A stretch of 48,974 nucleotides of DNA from Anaerolineae bacterium (GCA_035529675.1 DATKWG010000080.1:1-48974); one strand, 5' to 3'; counted from the first letter of the stretch, positions 8,402 to 17,258 are shown. The notes: generated from the sequence alone by a model not told the origin. Numbers and translations are program-made.

Positions 8402-9925
8402 ATGAAGGGCAGTGTCTGGCGACGCGCGCGTCAGACGGTGCAGGCTCTGTCCTTCTTGCTCTTTTTCATATCCATAGTGTACATGAGAGCCTTCGAGCGA
8501 GGGCCGTGGTTCGCCCTGGCTCCTGACACTCTTTTGCGCCTGGATCCTCTGGCTGCTGTGGCTGCAATGCTCGCTCAGCGACGCTGGGTCGCGCGCCTTG
8601 CTCCAGCCCTGTTCGTGGTGGGGGCCACGCTGGCCCTGGGGCGCTTTTGGTGTGGCTGGCTGTGTCCGCTTGGCGCGCTCATCGATTGGTTCTCTCCCCG
8701 GAGTGCCGTTGGCAGGAAGCCACCCTGGTCGCGATGGCGAACCATCAAGTACAGTCTGCTTCTTCTCATCCTCTTTGCCGCTCTCCTGGGCAATCTCACT
8801 CTCACAATACTGGATCCGCTGGCTGTCTTTCTGCGCAGCCTGGCCATGGCCATCCTTCCTGCGTTCAACTGGCTGGTGACGCAGATGGAGATCGTCCTCT
8901 ATAGGGTGACCTTTCTGCGCGGGGTCCTGGGCACCATCGATCGCGCGTTGCGGGGGACCGTGCTGAGCTACGAACAGCCCTATTATGGGGCCGGCTTCCT
9001 GTTTGCCGCCCTGTTGGTTGGCATCCTGAGCCTGAGCTTCCTGGCGCGGCGTGCCTGGTGTCGCTACCTTTGTCCCCTGGGCGCGCTGCTCGGTCTGCTG
9101 GCCAAGGTGTCGTGGATCAAGCGCAAGGTGTCCTCGGCCTGCGTAGGCTGTGGCCTGTGCGAGCGAGAATGCACCATGGGCACCATTGATGCGCGCGAGG
9201 ACTATGCGAGTGACAACGGCGAGTGTGTCCTGTGCATGAGGTGCGCGGCGAGCTGTCCAGTGGACGCAGTATCGTTTGCCAGGGATTGGGGCGTGGAGTG
9301 GGGACGGGACTATGATCCGTCACGACGCCATCTGGTGAGCATGCTGGGCGCCGCTGTAGGGGGCCTGGCTCTGCTCAAGATCGCGCCCAGGGCCCACCAT
9401 CCCGACCCGCGCCGGCTGCGTCCACCTGGGGCCGAGGAGAGGGCCTTGCTGAGTTCGTGCATCCGCTGTGGCGCTTGCATTCGCGTCTGTCCCACTCATG
9501 GCTTGCAGCCCAGCCTGGTCGAGGCAGGTCTGGAAGGGGTCTGGACGCCCATCCTGGTCCCAAGGCTCGGCCCGTGCGACTATTCGTGCACCGCCTGTGG
9601 AAAGGTATGCCCGACCGGGGCGATCCCCCACTTGGCCCTGGATCGGAAGCAGCAAACGCCGATCGGAAAGGCCTATGTTGACCCGCGCATCTGCATACCG
9701 TGGTCGGGCCGAGGGGAGTGCATCGTATGTGAAGAGATGTGCCCTCTGCCAGAAAAGGCCATCGTGCTGGAGGAAACGACGACAGAGGATGAGTCTGGGG
9801 AGGTGCGCATTCTGCAGGCGCCCGTTGTGCGCCACGATCGCTGCATCGGGTGTGGCATGTGTGAGAACAAGTGTCCGGTGAATGGTGAAGCGGCCATCCG
9901 GGTCATGGTCGATCCCATGTCCTAG
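8402..9925 (+). CDS. NapH/MauN-like membrane polyferredoxin (4Fe-4S binding protein)
   Basis: Multiple TM helices with CGWLCPLGAL and CRYLCPLGAL motifs, followed by several CxxCxxCxxxCP ferredoxin motifs (CVGCGLCERECT, CIRCGACIRVCP, CIGCGMCENKCP). Confidence 0.85.
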   Translation: MKGSVWRRARQTVQALSFLLFFISIVYMRAFERGPWFALAPDTLLRLDPLAAVAAMLAQRRWVARLAPALFVVGATLALGRFWCGWLCPLGALIDWFSPRSAVGRKPPWSRWRTIKYSLLLLILFAALLGNLTLTILDPLAVFLRSLAMAILPAFNWLVTQMEIVLYRVTFLRGVLGTIDRALRGTVLSYEQPYYGAGFLFAALLVGILSLSFLARRAWCRYLCPLGALLGLLAKVSWIKRKVSSACVGCGLCERECTMGTIDAREDYASDNGECVLCMRCAASCPVDAVSFARDWGVEWGRDYDPSRRHLVSMLGAAVGGLALLKIAPRAHHPDPRRLRPPGAEERALLSSCIRCGACIRVCPTHGLQPSLVEAGLEGVWTPILVPRLGPCDYSCTACGKVCPTGAIPHLALDRKQQTPIGKAYVDPRICIPWSGRGECIVCEEMCPLPEKAIVLEETTTEDESGEVRILQAPVVRHDRCIGCGMCENKCPVNGEAAIRVMVDPMS

Positions 9926-9930
9926 CGGCG

Positions 9931-9956
9931 CAGGGGCGGGGTGACCCCGCCCCTAC
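9931..9956. repeat. palindromic element, short variant of the GTAGGGGCG...CGCCCCTAC family
   Basis: AGGGGCGGGG (9932-9941) pairs with CCCCGCCCCT (9945-9954) around a 3-nt loop. The flank CGCCCCTACAAAAC is shared with the copy at 47692-47762 in reverse orientation. Confidence 0.75.
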
Positions 9957-10047
9957 AAAACGCAAACAACTGAGATAAAACCTATACGATCGCAGCGCCG
10001 GCGTTGCTCAAAGTGCGGTCGCTGCCATTCTGCAACAGTCTCCCCGC

Positions 10048-10074
10048 GGGGAGGGGCCGGGGTGGGGGGGAGGG
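10048..10074 (+). other. G-quadruplex-forming motif
   Basis: GGGGAGGGGCCGGGGTGGGGGGGAGGG contains five G-runs of at least 3 separated by 1-2 nt. It is preceded by the small palindrome TCCCCGCGGGGA. Confidence 0.5.
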
Positions 10075-10153
10075 CTTCTGGCGGTTGAGCGGGGTGCTTC
10101 AGCGCGCCACGGTCGTGCCAGCTTGACCTTTGCAGCCAGCAGGATGCCTCAAA

Positions 10154-10183
10154 GGGGAACACAGCGCTGGTGCTCCCCTTTTT
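10154..10183 (+). terminator. intrinsic terminator hairpin plus T5, between convergent genes
   Basis: GGGGAACAC (10154-10162) pairs with GTGCTCCCC (10170-10178) with one mismatch, followed by TTTTT (10179-10183). It lies 23 nt from the pheT stop, so it may act bidirectionally. Confidence 0.6.
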
Positions 10184-10205
10184 CTGGTTATGGCAGATGG
10201 TTGGG

Positions 10206-12674
10206 CTAGCCGCGAATCCTGGCGCCGAACTCCCTTGCCAGGCGATTGATGATACGGTCTCGCTGCCTGGCAGCCTGCGTGCTGGTCAGCGTCTTGTCTG
10301 GCGACTGAAAGGTCAGAGTGTAGGCCAGGCTCTTCTTTCCGGGGCCGATCTGCTCGCCACGGTACACGTCGAACAAGACCACGTCGGCCAGCAACGGCTG
10401 GCCCGACCGACGGATGACAGCCTCCAGCTCGTCAGAAGGCACGGTCTCATCCACAACCACTGCCAGATCCTCTCGAAGCACCGGCATCCGCGAGGTGGGC
10501 TTGAAGAGGACCGCGCGATCTGCCGAAGCAAGAAACTGTTCCAGGTCCAGCTCGAGGAGGCACACCGGCTGATCGGGCAGGTCAAAGTTGGCGCGTACCA
10601 CCGGGTGCACTTCGCCCAGTGTGCCGATCTCATACTCGCCCAGGCGCAGCCTTGCCGCGCGACCGGGGTGGAACGTCGGATGTTCAGTCGGGGTGAAACT
10701 GGTCTGGCCGATTCCCATGTGAGCGCACAAGGTCTCGATGATGCCCTTCAGGTCATAGAAGTCGATGTTGGGGCTTTCCTTGGATGTCCAGGATCGCACC
10801 TCTCGTGGTCCGGTGAGAGCTATGCTCAATCGCCGGGGCTCCTCGGGCAGCAACTGTCCGTCCTGGGGAAGATAGACCCGTGCGATCTCAAAGATGGCCA
10901 CACGATCGACGAAGCGCAGGTTGCGGGCCACGGTCTCGAGGGTGGTGTTCATCAAGGTTCGGCGCAGGCACTCGTGCTCGCGGCTAAGCGGGTTGGCTAT
11001 CTTGAGGTAGTCTTCGGAGTCGGGCATCTCTCCATCGGGACTCAGCCTGGCCACAGACTCGAGGTTGGTCATGGAATAGCTGATAGTCTCGGTCAAGCCA
11101 CAACCCACCAGGACGTCGCGAGCCCACTCTTCCAGCTCCAGGCCCCTGTTTCGCTCTTGGGTGGGCAGCTCGTCGGCCATCAGAGACGTGGGCAGCCGAT
11201 CGTACCCGTACATACGGGCCACCTCTTCGACCAGGTCAGCAGGTATTCCGACGTCGAGTCGGGAGCTGGGCACCATCGTGCGCACGACAGGTACGTCTCC
11301 CTCGAAGATCTGGCATCGAAAACCCAAGGCTTCGAGCGGGTGAGATATTGCGTCGGCGGGCAGTTCTAGCCCCAACAGGCGCTTGATCTCGGACACCTTG
11401 AGATCGATGATCTTGGTCTCGGGAACAACGGGGTAGGCATCGGCAAAGCCCTGGGCGACCGTGCCACCAGCCAGTTGACGCATCAGCTCTGCCGCACGAC
11501 GGAGGCCGACAGGGGTCAGTTGGGGATCCATACCCCTACCGAAGCGCTGGGCGGCCTCGCTGGGGATCTTGAGGGCCGCCGAGGTGCGGCGCACGCTGAT
11601 GTTGTGGAAGTTGGCTGCCTCCAGAAGGATGTCCACCGTGCTCTCTGATACCTGGCTCTCGAAGCCGCCCATGACTCCGGCGACCGCGACCGGGCCACCC
11701 CCATCGGTGATGAGTAGCATGTCATTGGTGAAGACGCGCTCCGCGCCGTCCAGGGTCATCATGGTCTCGCCGTCTCGCGCCCGACGTACGATGATGGCTG
11801 GCACCTCGCCGCGTGGACGAGGACGCAACAGGCGATAGTCGAAGGCGTGCAGCGGCTGGCCCCATTCGAGCATGACATAGTTTGTGATGTCCACGACGTT
11901 GTTGATGGGCCGCATGCCAGCCAGGATGAGTCGCCTTTGCATCCAGTGAGGCGACGGGGCGATCTTGATCCCAGTGATCAGCGCAGCGCTGTAGCGCGAG
12001 CAAAGGTCTGGGTCCTCTATGACGACCTCCACCTTGCGGTCGATGTTCCCCCCCTCTGCCCTCACAGTTGGCTCCGGCAGTCTGCACTCGACACCAGTCA
12101 GGGCAGCCACTTCACGGGCGACGCCGGTCATACAGAAGCATCGGGCCAGGTTGTGAGTCAGGTCCAGATCGAGAACCAGATCGCCCCAGTACTCGACGAA
12201 GGGCTTTCCCACGGGAGCATCCTCGGGAAGGATGAGGATCCCCTCGTGCTCGTCAGAGATGCCCAGCTCCTTTTCCGAGCAAGCCATCCCCTCGGAATAG
12301 ACGCCTCGGATCTTGCCGCGCTTGAGAGTTGCGTACTTGAGCGTATCTGCGTAGGGATCGCGCAGCCGTGCGCCAAGGATGGCAAAGACGACCTTCTGCC
12401 CCGAGTCCCCCACCCGGAGGTTGGTAGCTCCGGTGACCACCTCCATCCGCTTCTCCTGGCCATAGTCCACAGCCACCAACAGCAAGCGGTCGGCGTTTGG
12501 ATGCCGCCGCGCCGAGACCACCTGTCCGACAAAGACCTTGTCCCTGGCCCAGTTCTCTCCGACTCGGTCTATGGCGGCAACCTCAAGTCCAGCCATAGTG
12601 AGCCGGTCGGCCAGCTCGTCCGGCGAGAGGTCCACGGTCACATAGTCTTGGAGCCAACTGAGAGGAACTCGCAT
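10206..12674 (-). CDS. pheT: phenylalanine--tRNA ligase beta subunit
   Basis: Start re-set to MRVPLSWLQDYV (ATG 12674), the canonical PheT N-terminus. The track ORF extends upstream into pheS and is not credible. B3/4, B5 and FDX-ACB-like regions are recognisable along the sequence. Confidence 0.95.
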   Translation of the reverse strand: MRVPLSWLQDYVTVDLSPDELADRLTMAGLEVAAIDRVGENWARDKVFVGQVVSARRHPNADRLLLVAVDYGQEKRMEVVTGATNLRVGDSGQKVVFAILGARLRDPYADTLKYATLKRGKIRGVYSEGMACSEKELGISDEHEGILILPEDAPVGKPFVEYWGDLVLDLDLTHNLARCFCMTGVAREVAALTGVECRLPEPTVRAEGGNIDRKVEVVIEDPDLCSRYSAALITGIKIAPSPHWMQRRLILAGMRPINNVVDITNYVMLEWGQPLHAFDYRLLRPRPRGEVPAIIVRRARDGETMMTLDGAERVFTNDMLLITDGGGPVAVAGVMGGFESQVSESTVDILLEAANFHNISVRRTSAALKIPSEAAQRFGRGMDPQLTPVGLRRAAELMRQLAGGTVAQGFADAYPVVPETKIIDLKVSEIKRLLGLELPADAISHPLEALGFRCQIFEGDVPVVRTMVPSSRLDVGIPADLVEEVARMYGYDRLPTSLMADELPTQERNRGLELEEWARDVLVGCGLTETISYSMTNLESVARLSPDGEMPDSEDYLKIANPLSREHECLRRTLMNTTLETVARNLRFVDRVAIFEIARVYLPQDGQLLPEEPRRLSIALTGPREVRSWTSKESPNIDFYDLKGIIETLCAHMGIGQTSFTPTEHPTFHPGRAARLRLGEYEIGTLGEVHPVVRANFDLPDQPVCLLELDLEQFLASADRAVLFKPTSRMPVLREDLAVVVDETVPSDELEAVIRRSGQPLLADVVLFDVYRGEQIGPGKKSLAYTLTFQSPDKTLTSTQAARQRDRIINRLAREFGARIRG

Positions 12675-12801
12675 TTCCTTTATGACCTCCATATTCGGGG
12701 ATCCGACAGGTTGCGACGTCGCAGATTCCCGGCATAGTTGTGCCATTCCCAAGAGTGCGAAGCCGGTCCCCAGTACATCCGGTGCGAAGGTTCGCGAAAG
12801 G

Positions 12802-13830
12802 TTACCCAAACTGCTGCAAGAAGCGCAGATCGTTGCTGTAAAAGTAGCGGATGTCGGTGATGCCGTGCTTGAGCATGCAGATGCGTTCGACGCCCATGCC
12901 AAAGGCAAAGCCGCTGAACTCCTCCGGGTCATACCCGCCGTTCTGCAACACATTGGGATGCACCATGCCCGAGCCAAGGATCTCCAACCAGCCCGTATGC
13001 TTGCAAAGCTGGCATCCCTCGCCTCGGCAGAGAATGCAGTCGATGTCCACTTCCGCGCTTGGCTCGGTGAAGGGGAAGTAGCTCGGTCGGAAGCGCAAGC
13101 GACGGTTGGCCCCGAACATCTGCCTCACAAAGCTGACCAGCACGCCCTTCAGGTCGGCCATGGTGATGTTGTGTCCCACGGCCAGCCCTTCCACCTGGAA
13201 GAACATCTGCTCGCTGCGCGTGGTGATCTGCTCGTAGCGATAGCACTTGCCAGGCAGGATGACGCGTATTGGCCGGGGATAGTGCTTCCGCATGGCGTGA
13301 ATCTGTCCGGGCGAGGTGTGGCTGCGCAGCAAAACGCCAGGACGCGTGGTGTAGAAGGTGCTCCACATGTCGCGCGCCGGATGGCCTGGAGGCATGTTGA
13401 GCAATTGGAAGTTGGTGAGGTCGTCCTCCACCTCGCCGGACAGCAACACCTGGAAGCCCATGTCTGCGAAGATGGCATAGATCTCGCGCAGTGTCTGGGT
13501 GGTGATGTGCAGGTATCCCATAGACTGCTGTCTGCCGGGGAGACGTACGTCGATGGACGCTTCGGTCAGCTCCTTGGCCAGTAGGGCTCGTCGCAGCTCT
13601 TCGGCACGGTCCTTGAAGGCTCGTTCCAGGTGAGCCTTTGTCTCGTTCGCCAGGCGGCCAACCGCTGGGCGCTCCTGGGGAGGCAGCTTGCCCACGCCTC
13701 TGAGTGCCAGGGTCAGCCTCCCTTTCTTCCCCAGATAGGAGACGCGCCATTGCTCCAAGGCCGCCGGGTCAGAAACAGTCTCCAACTCTTTTTGCGCATC
13801 TTCTCTCAGTTGCTTCAGTTGCTCCAGCAT
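12802..13830 (-). CDS. pheS: phenylalanine--tRNA ligase alpha subunit
   Basis: 342 aa with class II aaRS motifs (HPARDMWSTFY..., FRPSYFPFTEPSAEVD, GSGMVHPNVL). Confidence 0.95.
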   Translation of the reverse strand: MLEQLKQLREDAQKELETVSDPAALEQWRVSYLGKKGRLTLALRGVGKLPPQERPAVGRLANETKAHLERAFKDRAEELRRALLAKELTEASIDVRLPGRQQSMGYLHITTQTLREIYAIFADMGFQVLLSGEVEDDLTNFQLLNMPPGHPARDMWSTFYTTRPGVLLRSHTSPGQIHAMRKHYPRPIRVILPGKCYRYEQITTRSEQMFFQVEGLAVGHNITMADLKGVLVSFVRQMFGANRRLRFRPSYFPFTEPSAEVDIDCILCRGEGCQLCKHTGWLEILGSGMVHPNVLQNGGYDPEEFSGFAFGMGVERICMLKHGITDIRYFYSNDLRFLQQFG

Positions 13831-13940
13831 GTGGCTCTCCTCAAGCGCGTCTCACCCTGTGACCCGGTGTGGTGCTGGTGCAGGTTCTGGATCTGGGCTG
13901 CACACCGCACGTCACAGTGACAGGCAGACGCGACACATAA

Positions 13941-13981
13941 CAGCAAAACGACTGCAACTCGCCAGGGACGAAGTTGCAGTC
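13941..13981 (-). terminator. T-box terminator hairpin
   Basis: The minus strand reads GACTGCAACT-TCGTCCCTGGCG-AGTTGCAGTC followed by GTTTTGCTGTT. This is a 10-bp perfect stem plus a U-rich tract, immediately 3' of the T-box sequence. Confidence 0.75.
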
Positions 13982-14245
13982 ACACACTCCGCGGTACCAC
14001 CCTCATTGGCTTCCAGGGGAAGCCCTCTCTTCGTCGGCGGCCCGTCTCTGCCATGAGAATCGGGATTACCGACTGCCCGGTAACGGCGGGCCACCGGAGC
14101 GACCTACACATCGCGATGCCTGCATCGGAGTTCGGCCGTCGGCTCCAGAGTGAACTTGAGTGGACTTCCCATCGAGAGGACTTGCAGTCTCCGATCCTCT
14201 CTCCCTGTGAGGGCGCCTCCCACCTACTCTCTCTTTCGCAGCCTT
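13941..14245 (-). promoter_or_regulatory. T-box riboswitch leader with Phe specifier (UUC), upstream of pheS-pheT
   Basis: On the minus strand there is a Stem I start GCGAAAGAGAGAGUAGG (GA/K-turn-like). AAG-UUC-A forms a specifier-loop-like context, with UUC at plus coordinates 14152-14154 followed by a purine. The conserved T-box sequence AAUGAGGGUGGUACCGCGGAG lies at 13987-14007, followed by the terminator. Confidence 0.8.
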
Positions 14246-14277
14246 TGTGGGTAAGTGGAATCTATTCAGTTAGTGTG

Positions 14278-14306
14278 AGTATACCCTCAACGCTTGCCAG
14301 CGTCAA
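14278..14306 (-). promoter_or_regulatory. sigma70-like promoter TTGACG-17-TATACT driving the T-box leader
   Basis: On the minus strand, TTGACG is at plus coordinates 14301-14306, the spacer is 17 nt, and TATACT is at 14278-14283. Confidence 0.6.
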
Positions 14307-14331
14307 GCCGGGGCCAACTCGTTGGGCGCCA

Positions 14332-14739
14332 CTAGGCTCCTCGCGACCTGGCCCGCTGCATGAACCGCTTCTCTTCGACGATGAACCGGTGGTGGACTCC
14401 CTCTCCTATGGTGCCGGCCTCATCGAAAGCTCGCACCCGAAAACTCAGCTTGCGACCGTCGATCTCGACCAGCTCGGCGCAGGCGGTCACCATTCGACCC
14501 ACGGGTGTAGCAGCGATGTGCCTGATGTCAACGTGGATGCCCACCGTGTGATGCCCCGAGGGTAGCAGAGGGTCGACCGCTGCCACGGCTGCGCCTTCCA
14601 TGAGGGCTATCATCTGTGGAGTGGCAAAAACCGGCAGCGCACCGCTACCCCCACTGGCCGCAGTGTGCTCTTCCTCGACCACCAGGGAACGCTCGGCGGC
14701 CACTCCCACCTTGATTACTTCAAACACGGCTCCTCCCAA
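14332..14739 (-). CDS. hotdog-fold thioesterase family protein (FlK-like)
   Basis: Contains SGALPVFATPQMIALMEGAAV...GHHTVGIHVDIRHIAATPVG, typical of this small thioesterase family. The start is uncertain: TTG at 14739, or GTG at 14727 just after GGGAGGAG. Confidence 0.7.
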   Translation of the reverse strand: MGGAVFEVIKVGVAAERSLVVEEEHTAASGGSGALPVFATPQMIALMEGAAVAAVDPLLPSGHHTVGIHVDIRHIAATPVGRMVTACAELVEIDGRKLSFRVRAFDEAGTIGEGVHHRFIVEEKRFMQRARSRGA

Positions 14740-14793
14740 GAGGAGAGGCCGAGCACTCGACTCGGCCCCTCGTCGCCGGATTCAAGATGCAGG

Positions 14794-16659
14794 CTAGACC
14801 CGCACAACGGGCTGGGTCTCGGCGAATTCCTCCTCGGCCTCGATGATGGCCTCTAGTTCATCTGCATCGAGAGTTTCCTTCTCTATGAGGGCGTTCGCGA
14901 TCTCATCGAGCTTGTCCCGATAGGTCTCGAGCACGTTCCTGGAGCGACTCTCGGCTCGATCCATGAGATCCTTGATCTCGCGATCGATCTGCGAGGCCAC
15001 CTCTTCACCATAGTCGCGCTGCTCTGCGATCTCGCGCCCCAGGAAGATAAGCTCCTGCTTTTGGCCAAAGGTGCGCTGTCCCAGGGTTTTGGACATGCCA
15101 TATTGGGTGACCATCGCTAGGGCGATCTTGGTGGCCCGCTGCAGATCGCTGCTCGCGCCGGTGGTCACATCGCCCAGGGCGATCTGCTCGGACACATAAC
15201 CGCCCAGGAGCCCCGCCAATTCGTCTTCGAACTTGCGCTTGGAGTAGAGCCTTCGGTCATCCTCCGGCAGAGTCATGGTATAGCCAGCCATCATCCCCCG
15301 GGAGATGACAGATACCTTGTGCACCGGATCGCAATGCTCCAGCTTGCTCTGAACGAGGGCGTGTCCCGCTTCGTGGTAGGCGATGATCCGCTTCTCTTGG
15401 TCGCTGATCAAGCGACTGCGACGCTCGGGACCGGCAACGACACGCTCCACAGCCTCTTGGAACTCCTCCATGCCAATGGCCGGGATATCGCGACGCGCTG
15501 CCAGGATGGCCGCCTCATTGACCAGATTCTCGATATCGGCACCGGTGAAACCGGGAGTCTGCTTGGCCACAACCGTCAAATCCACATCCTCGGCCAGGGG
15601 CTTGCCCCGCACATGGACTTTCAGGATCTCCTCGCGCCCGCGACTGTCGGGACGGTCGAGCACGACGCGCCGATCAAAGCGTCCGGGCCGCAACAGAGCT
15701 GGATCGAGGATGTCGGGGCGGTTTGTGGCTGCCAAGACGATGACCCTAGAGTCTGTGTCAAAGCCGTCCATCTCCACCAGGATCTGGTTGAGGGTCTGCT
15801 CGCGCTCGTCGTGGCTCCCGCCGAGCCCGGCACCCCGGTGGCGGCCCACAGCGTCGATCTCGTCAACAAAGACGATGCAAGGGCTGTTGCGCTTGGCCTG
15901 ATCGAACAGGTCGCGCACGCGGCTGGCGCCAACTCCCACAAACATCTCCACAAACTCGGATCCGCTAATGCTGAAGAAAGGCACTCCCGCCTCGCCGGCC
16001 ACAGCCCGCGCCATCAAGGTCTTTCCAGTCCCTGGAGCCCCTACCAGCAAAACCCCCTTGGGAATGCGTGCCCCCAGGGCGGTAAACTTGTCTGGCTCCC
16101 TCAGGAACTCGACGACCTCCTGCAACTCTTGTTTGGCCTCGTCGGCGCCAGCCACATCGTCGAAGGTGCTGTTCGGTCTATCGCCAGTGAACATGCGCGC
16201 ACGACTCTTTCCAAAAGAGAGAGCCTGGTTGTTGCCACTCTGAGCCTGCCGCAGCATGAACATGAGAAAGAGGCCCATCAACGCTAGGGGAACAACTTGG
16301 ATGAGAATGATGCCCCAATTCTCCCAAACGCTAGGCCGCAGGTGAAGCAATTCGCCGATCGACTCCATCTGTTCAGGCTTGACACCGAGAGTAGTCAAGG
16401 ACTCACCCAAGCCCACATTCTGCTCTTTGCGGGAAGTATACTTGACCAGTTTAGAGCCCTCGCGCACCACTGCTGTCATGACGCCGTCATTGGTGATCGC
16501 CAGACGTTCGACTTTGCCGGCTTTGACGAGTTCAGCCACCTTGTTTATCCCGATCTCTTGCGAGCCCTCTCCTGGTGATAAGAAGCTATAGAATAGAGCA
16601 ATGCTCGCTACCAGAATCAACAGATAGACAAACGCGTTCCTGGGCCATGTTGGTCTCAC
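14794..16659 (-). CDS. ftsH: ATP-dependent zinc metalloprotease FtsH
   Basis: Walker [10 protein letters not shown], Walker [15 protein letters not shown] zinc site and an N-terminal TM helix. The start is probably GTG 16659, preceded by GGAGGA. The track start at 16722 is TTG. Confidence 0.95.
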   Translation of the reverse strand: MRPTWPRNAFVYLLILVASIALFYSFLSPGEGSQEIGINKVAELVKAGKVERLAITNDGVMTAVVREGSKLVKYTSRKEQNVGLGESLTTLGVKPEQMESIGELLHLRPSVWENWGIILIQVVPLALMGLFLMFMLRQAQSGNNQALSFGKSRARMFTGDRPNSTFDDVAGADEAKQELQEVVEFLREPDKFTALGARIPKGVLLVGAPGTGKTLMARAVAGEAGVPFFSISGSEFVEMFVGVGASRVRDLFDQAKRNSPCIVFVDEIDAVGRHRGAGLGGSHDEREQTLNQILVEMDGFDTDSRVIVLAATNRPDILDPALLRPGRFDRRVVLDRPDSRGREEILKVHVRGKPLAEDVDLTVVAKQTPGFTGADIENLVNEAAILAARRDIPAIGMEEFQEAVERVVAGPERRSRLISDQEKRIIAYHEAGHALVQSKLEHCDPVHKVSVISRGMMAGYTMTLPEDDRRLYSKRKFEDELAGLLGGYVSEQIALGDVTTGASSDLQRATKIALAMVTQYGMSKTLGQRTFGQKQELIFLGREIAEQRDYGEEVASQIDREIKDLMDRAESRSRNVLETYRDKLDEIANALIEKETLDADELEAIIEAEEEFAETQPVVRV

Positions 16660-16763
16660 CTTGTCCTCCACGCATCGTCTACTGAGACGACGCCCCAAGG
16701 CACTGCATTCCACGGCAGGCAAACACGGGCTACCACAGGACTGCAGAGGCCTCTTTATCGGTT

Positions 16764-16792
16764 ATTGTACCACATATCCCCCGAAATGAAAA
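16764..16792 (-). promoter_or_regulatory. candidate ftsH promoter TTTTCA-17-TACAAT
   Basis: Hexamers on the minus strand at plus coordinates 16787-16792 and 16764-16769. Confidence 0.4.
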
Positions 16793-16899
16793 GTCGCCGT
16801 TGCGCAGAGTACCGAAAAGCGTTGCGACTTGGCTTGCGCTCAGAGTGACAACGACGGGAGCTGATACAGGCTTTTTCGATACTCTCGGCCGCCAGGCAC

Positions 16900-16929
16900 T
16901 TGACAATCCAGATGTCGCTTGACGATAAT
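16900..16929 (+). promoter_or_regulatory. orphan promoter-like element TTGACA-18-GATAAT
   Basis: Consensus -35 at 16900-16905 and GATAAT at 16924-16929. It lies about 330 nt upstream of hypA, and no plus-strand ORF of 60 aa or more is listed between it and the 17205 ORF. Confidence 0.4.
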
Positions 16930-17169
16930 GCAGTGTGGGGCCACTCCTCGACCCTTGCGTTGTCCGTTCCTCTCCCCAGAACACGGGAGATACAGACGGT
17001 GGATTCTGCTGCATTCCCAAGGACGCGACGGCTGATGCGGCGTGACACGCACGGTGTGCCGGCCCATTCGCTGTGAGTCGGGTCCGCTGAGATGCTGTCA
17101 GAACTCGCCCCGCCGGTTGGGGGCAGCTCACCCGCTGCTGTGAACCAGGTTCCCCGGCACCCCCCTTTC

Positions 17170-17203
17170 TGCAGTCCGACCACGACAGACAAATCGGACT
17201 GCA
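17170..17203 (+). other. perfect 10-bp hairpin just upstream of the hypA promoter
   Basis: TGCAGTCCGA (17170-17179) pairs with TCGGACTGCA (17194-17203) around a 14-nt loop. The downstream sequence is only moderately T-rich (AATGTCCTCTTTCGATTTT). Confidence 0.4.
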
Positions 17204-17220
17204 AATGTCCTCTTTCGATT

Positions 17221-17248
17221 TTGAATTCAGCTCTCGACGGGGTATAAT
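17221..17248 (+). promoter_or_regulatory. sigma70-like promoter TTGAAT-16-TATAAT for the hyp operon
   Basis: TTGAAT at 17221-17226 and TATAAT at 17243-17248. The hypA ATG is at 17259, 10 nt after the -10 box. Confidence 0.6.
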
Positions 17249-17258
17249 AACCGGGACA

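Noticed and set aside
10170-11369. Long ORFs antisense to recognised genes. Examples: 10170-11369 and 11847-12737 opposite pheT, 15319-16287 opposite ftsH, 7143-8273 opposite the DUF362 gene, 18449-19357 and 19448-20245 opposite hypF, 37094-38410 opposite AOR, and 47653-48315 and 48412-48960 opposite cinA.
   Set aside because: These are typical shadow ORFs of GC-rich DNA. In each case the opposite strand encodes a full-length protein with clear family motifs, and the antisense translations are Arg/Gly/His-rich with no recognisable domains.
12675-12977. The N-terminal extension of the pheT track ORF that overlaps the pheS 3' end. Similar extensions occur on the track ORFs for DUF4139, hypA, hypC, hypE, UDG, radical SAM, pgeF, yggT, the zinc-ribbon protein, ttuA, AOR, fucosidase, dprA and the arrestin-like protein.
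   Set aside because: Family-typical N-termini with Shine-Dalgarno motifs occur further downstream. The extensions are compositionally odd or run through upstream genes, promoters or repeat elements.
13900-14300. The GGGAAGTCC-containing structured non-coding region upstream of pheS initially looked like an RNase P RNA or tmRNA gene.
   Set aside because: It lacks the RNase P P4 motifs (GAGGAAAGUCCGGGC / ACAGAACCCGGCUUA) and tmRNA ends. Instead it contains the T-box consensus GGGUGGUACCGCG, a UUC specifier and a terminator in the right order, so it is a T-box leader.
16930-17215. Possible SRP RNA, 6S RNA, RNase P RNA or cobalamin/NiCo riboswitch in the ftsH-hypA spacer.
   Set aside because: None of the diagnostic motifs is visible on either strand (the SRP GGAA/AGCA domain IV, the B12 box, or RNase P P4). 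It is kept only as an unclassified candidate transcript in the findings.
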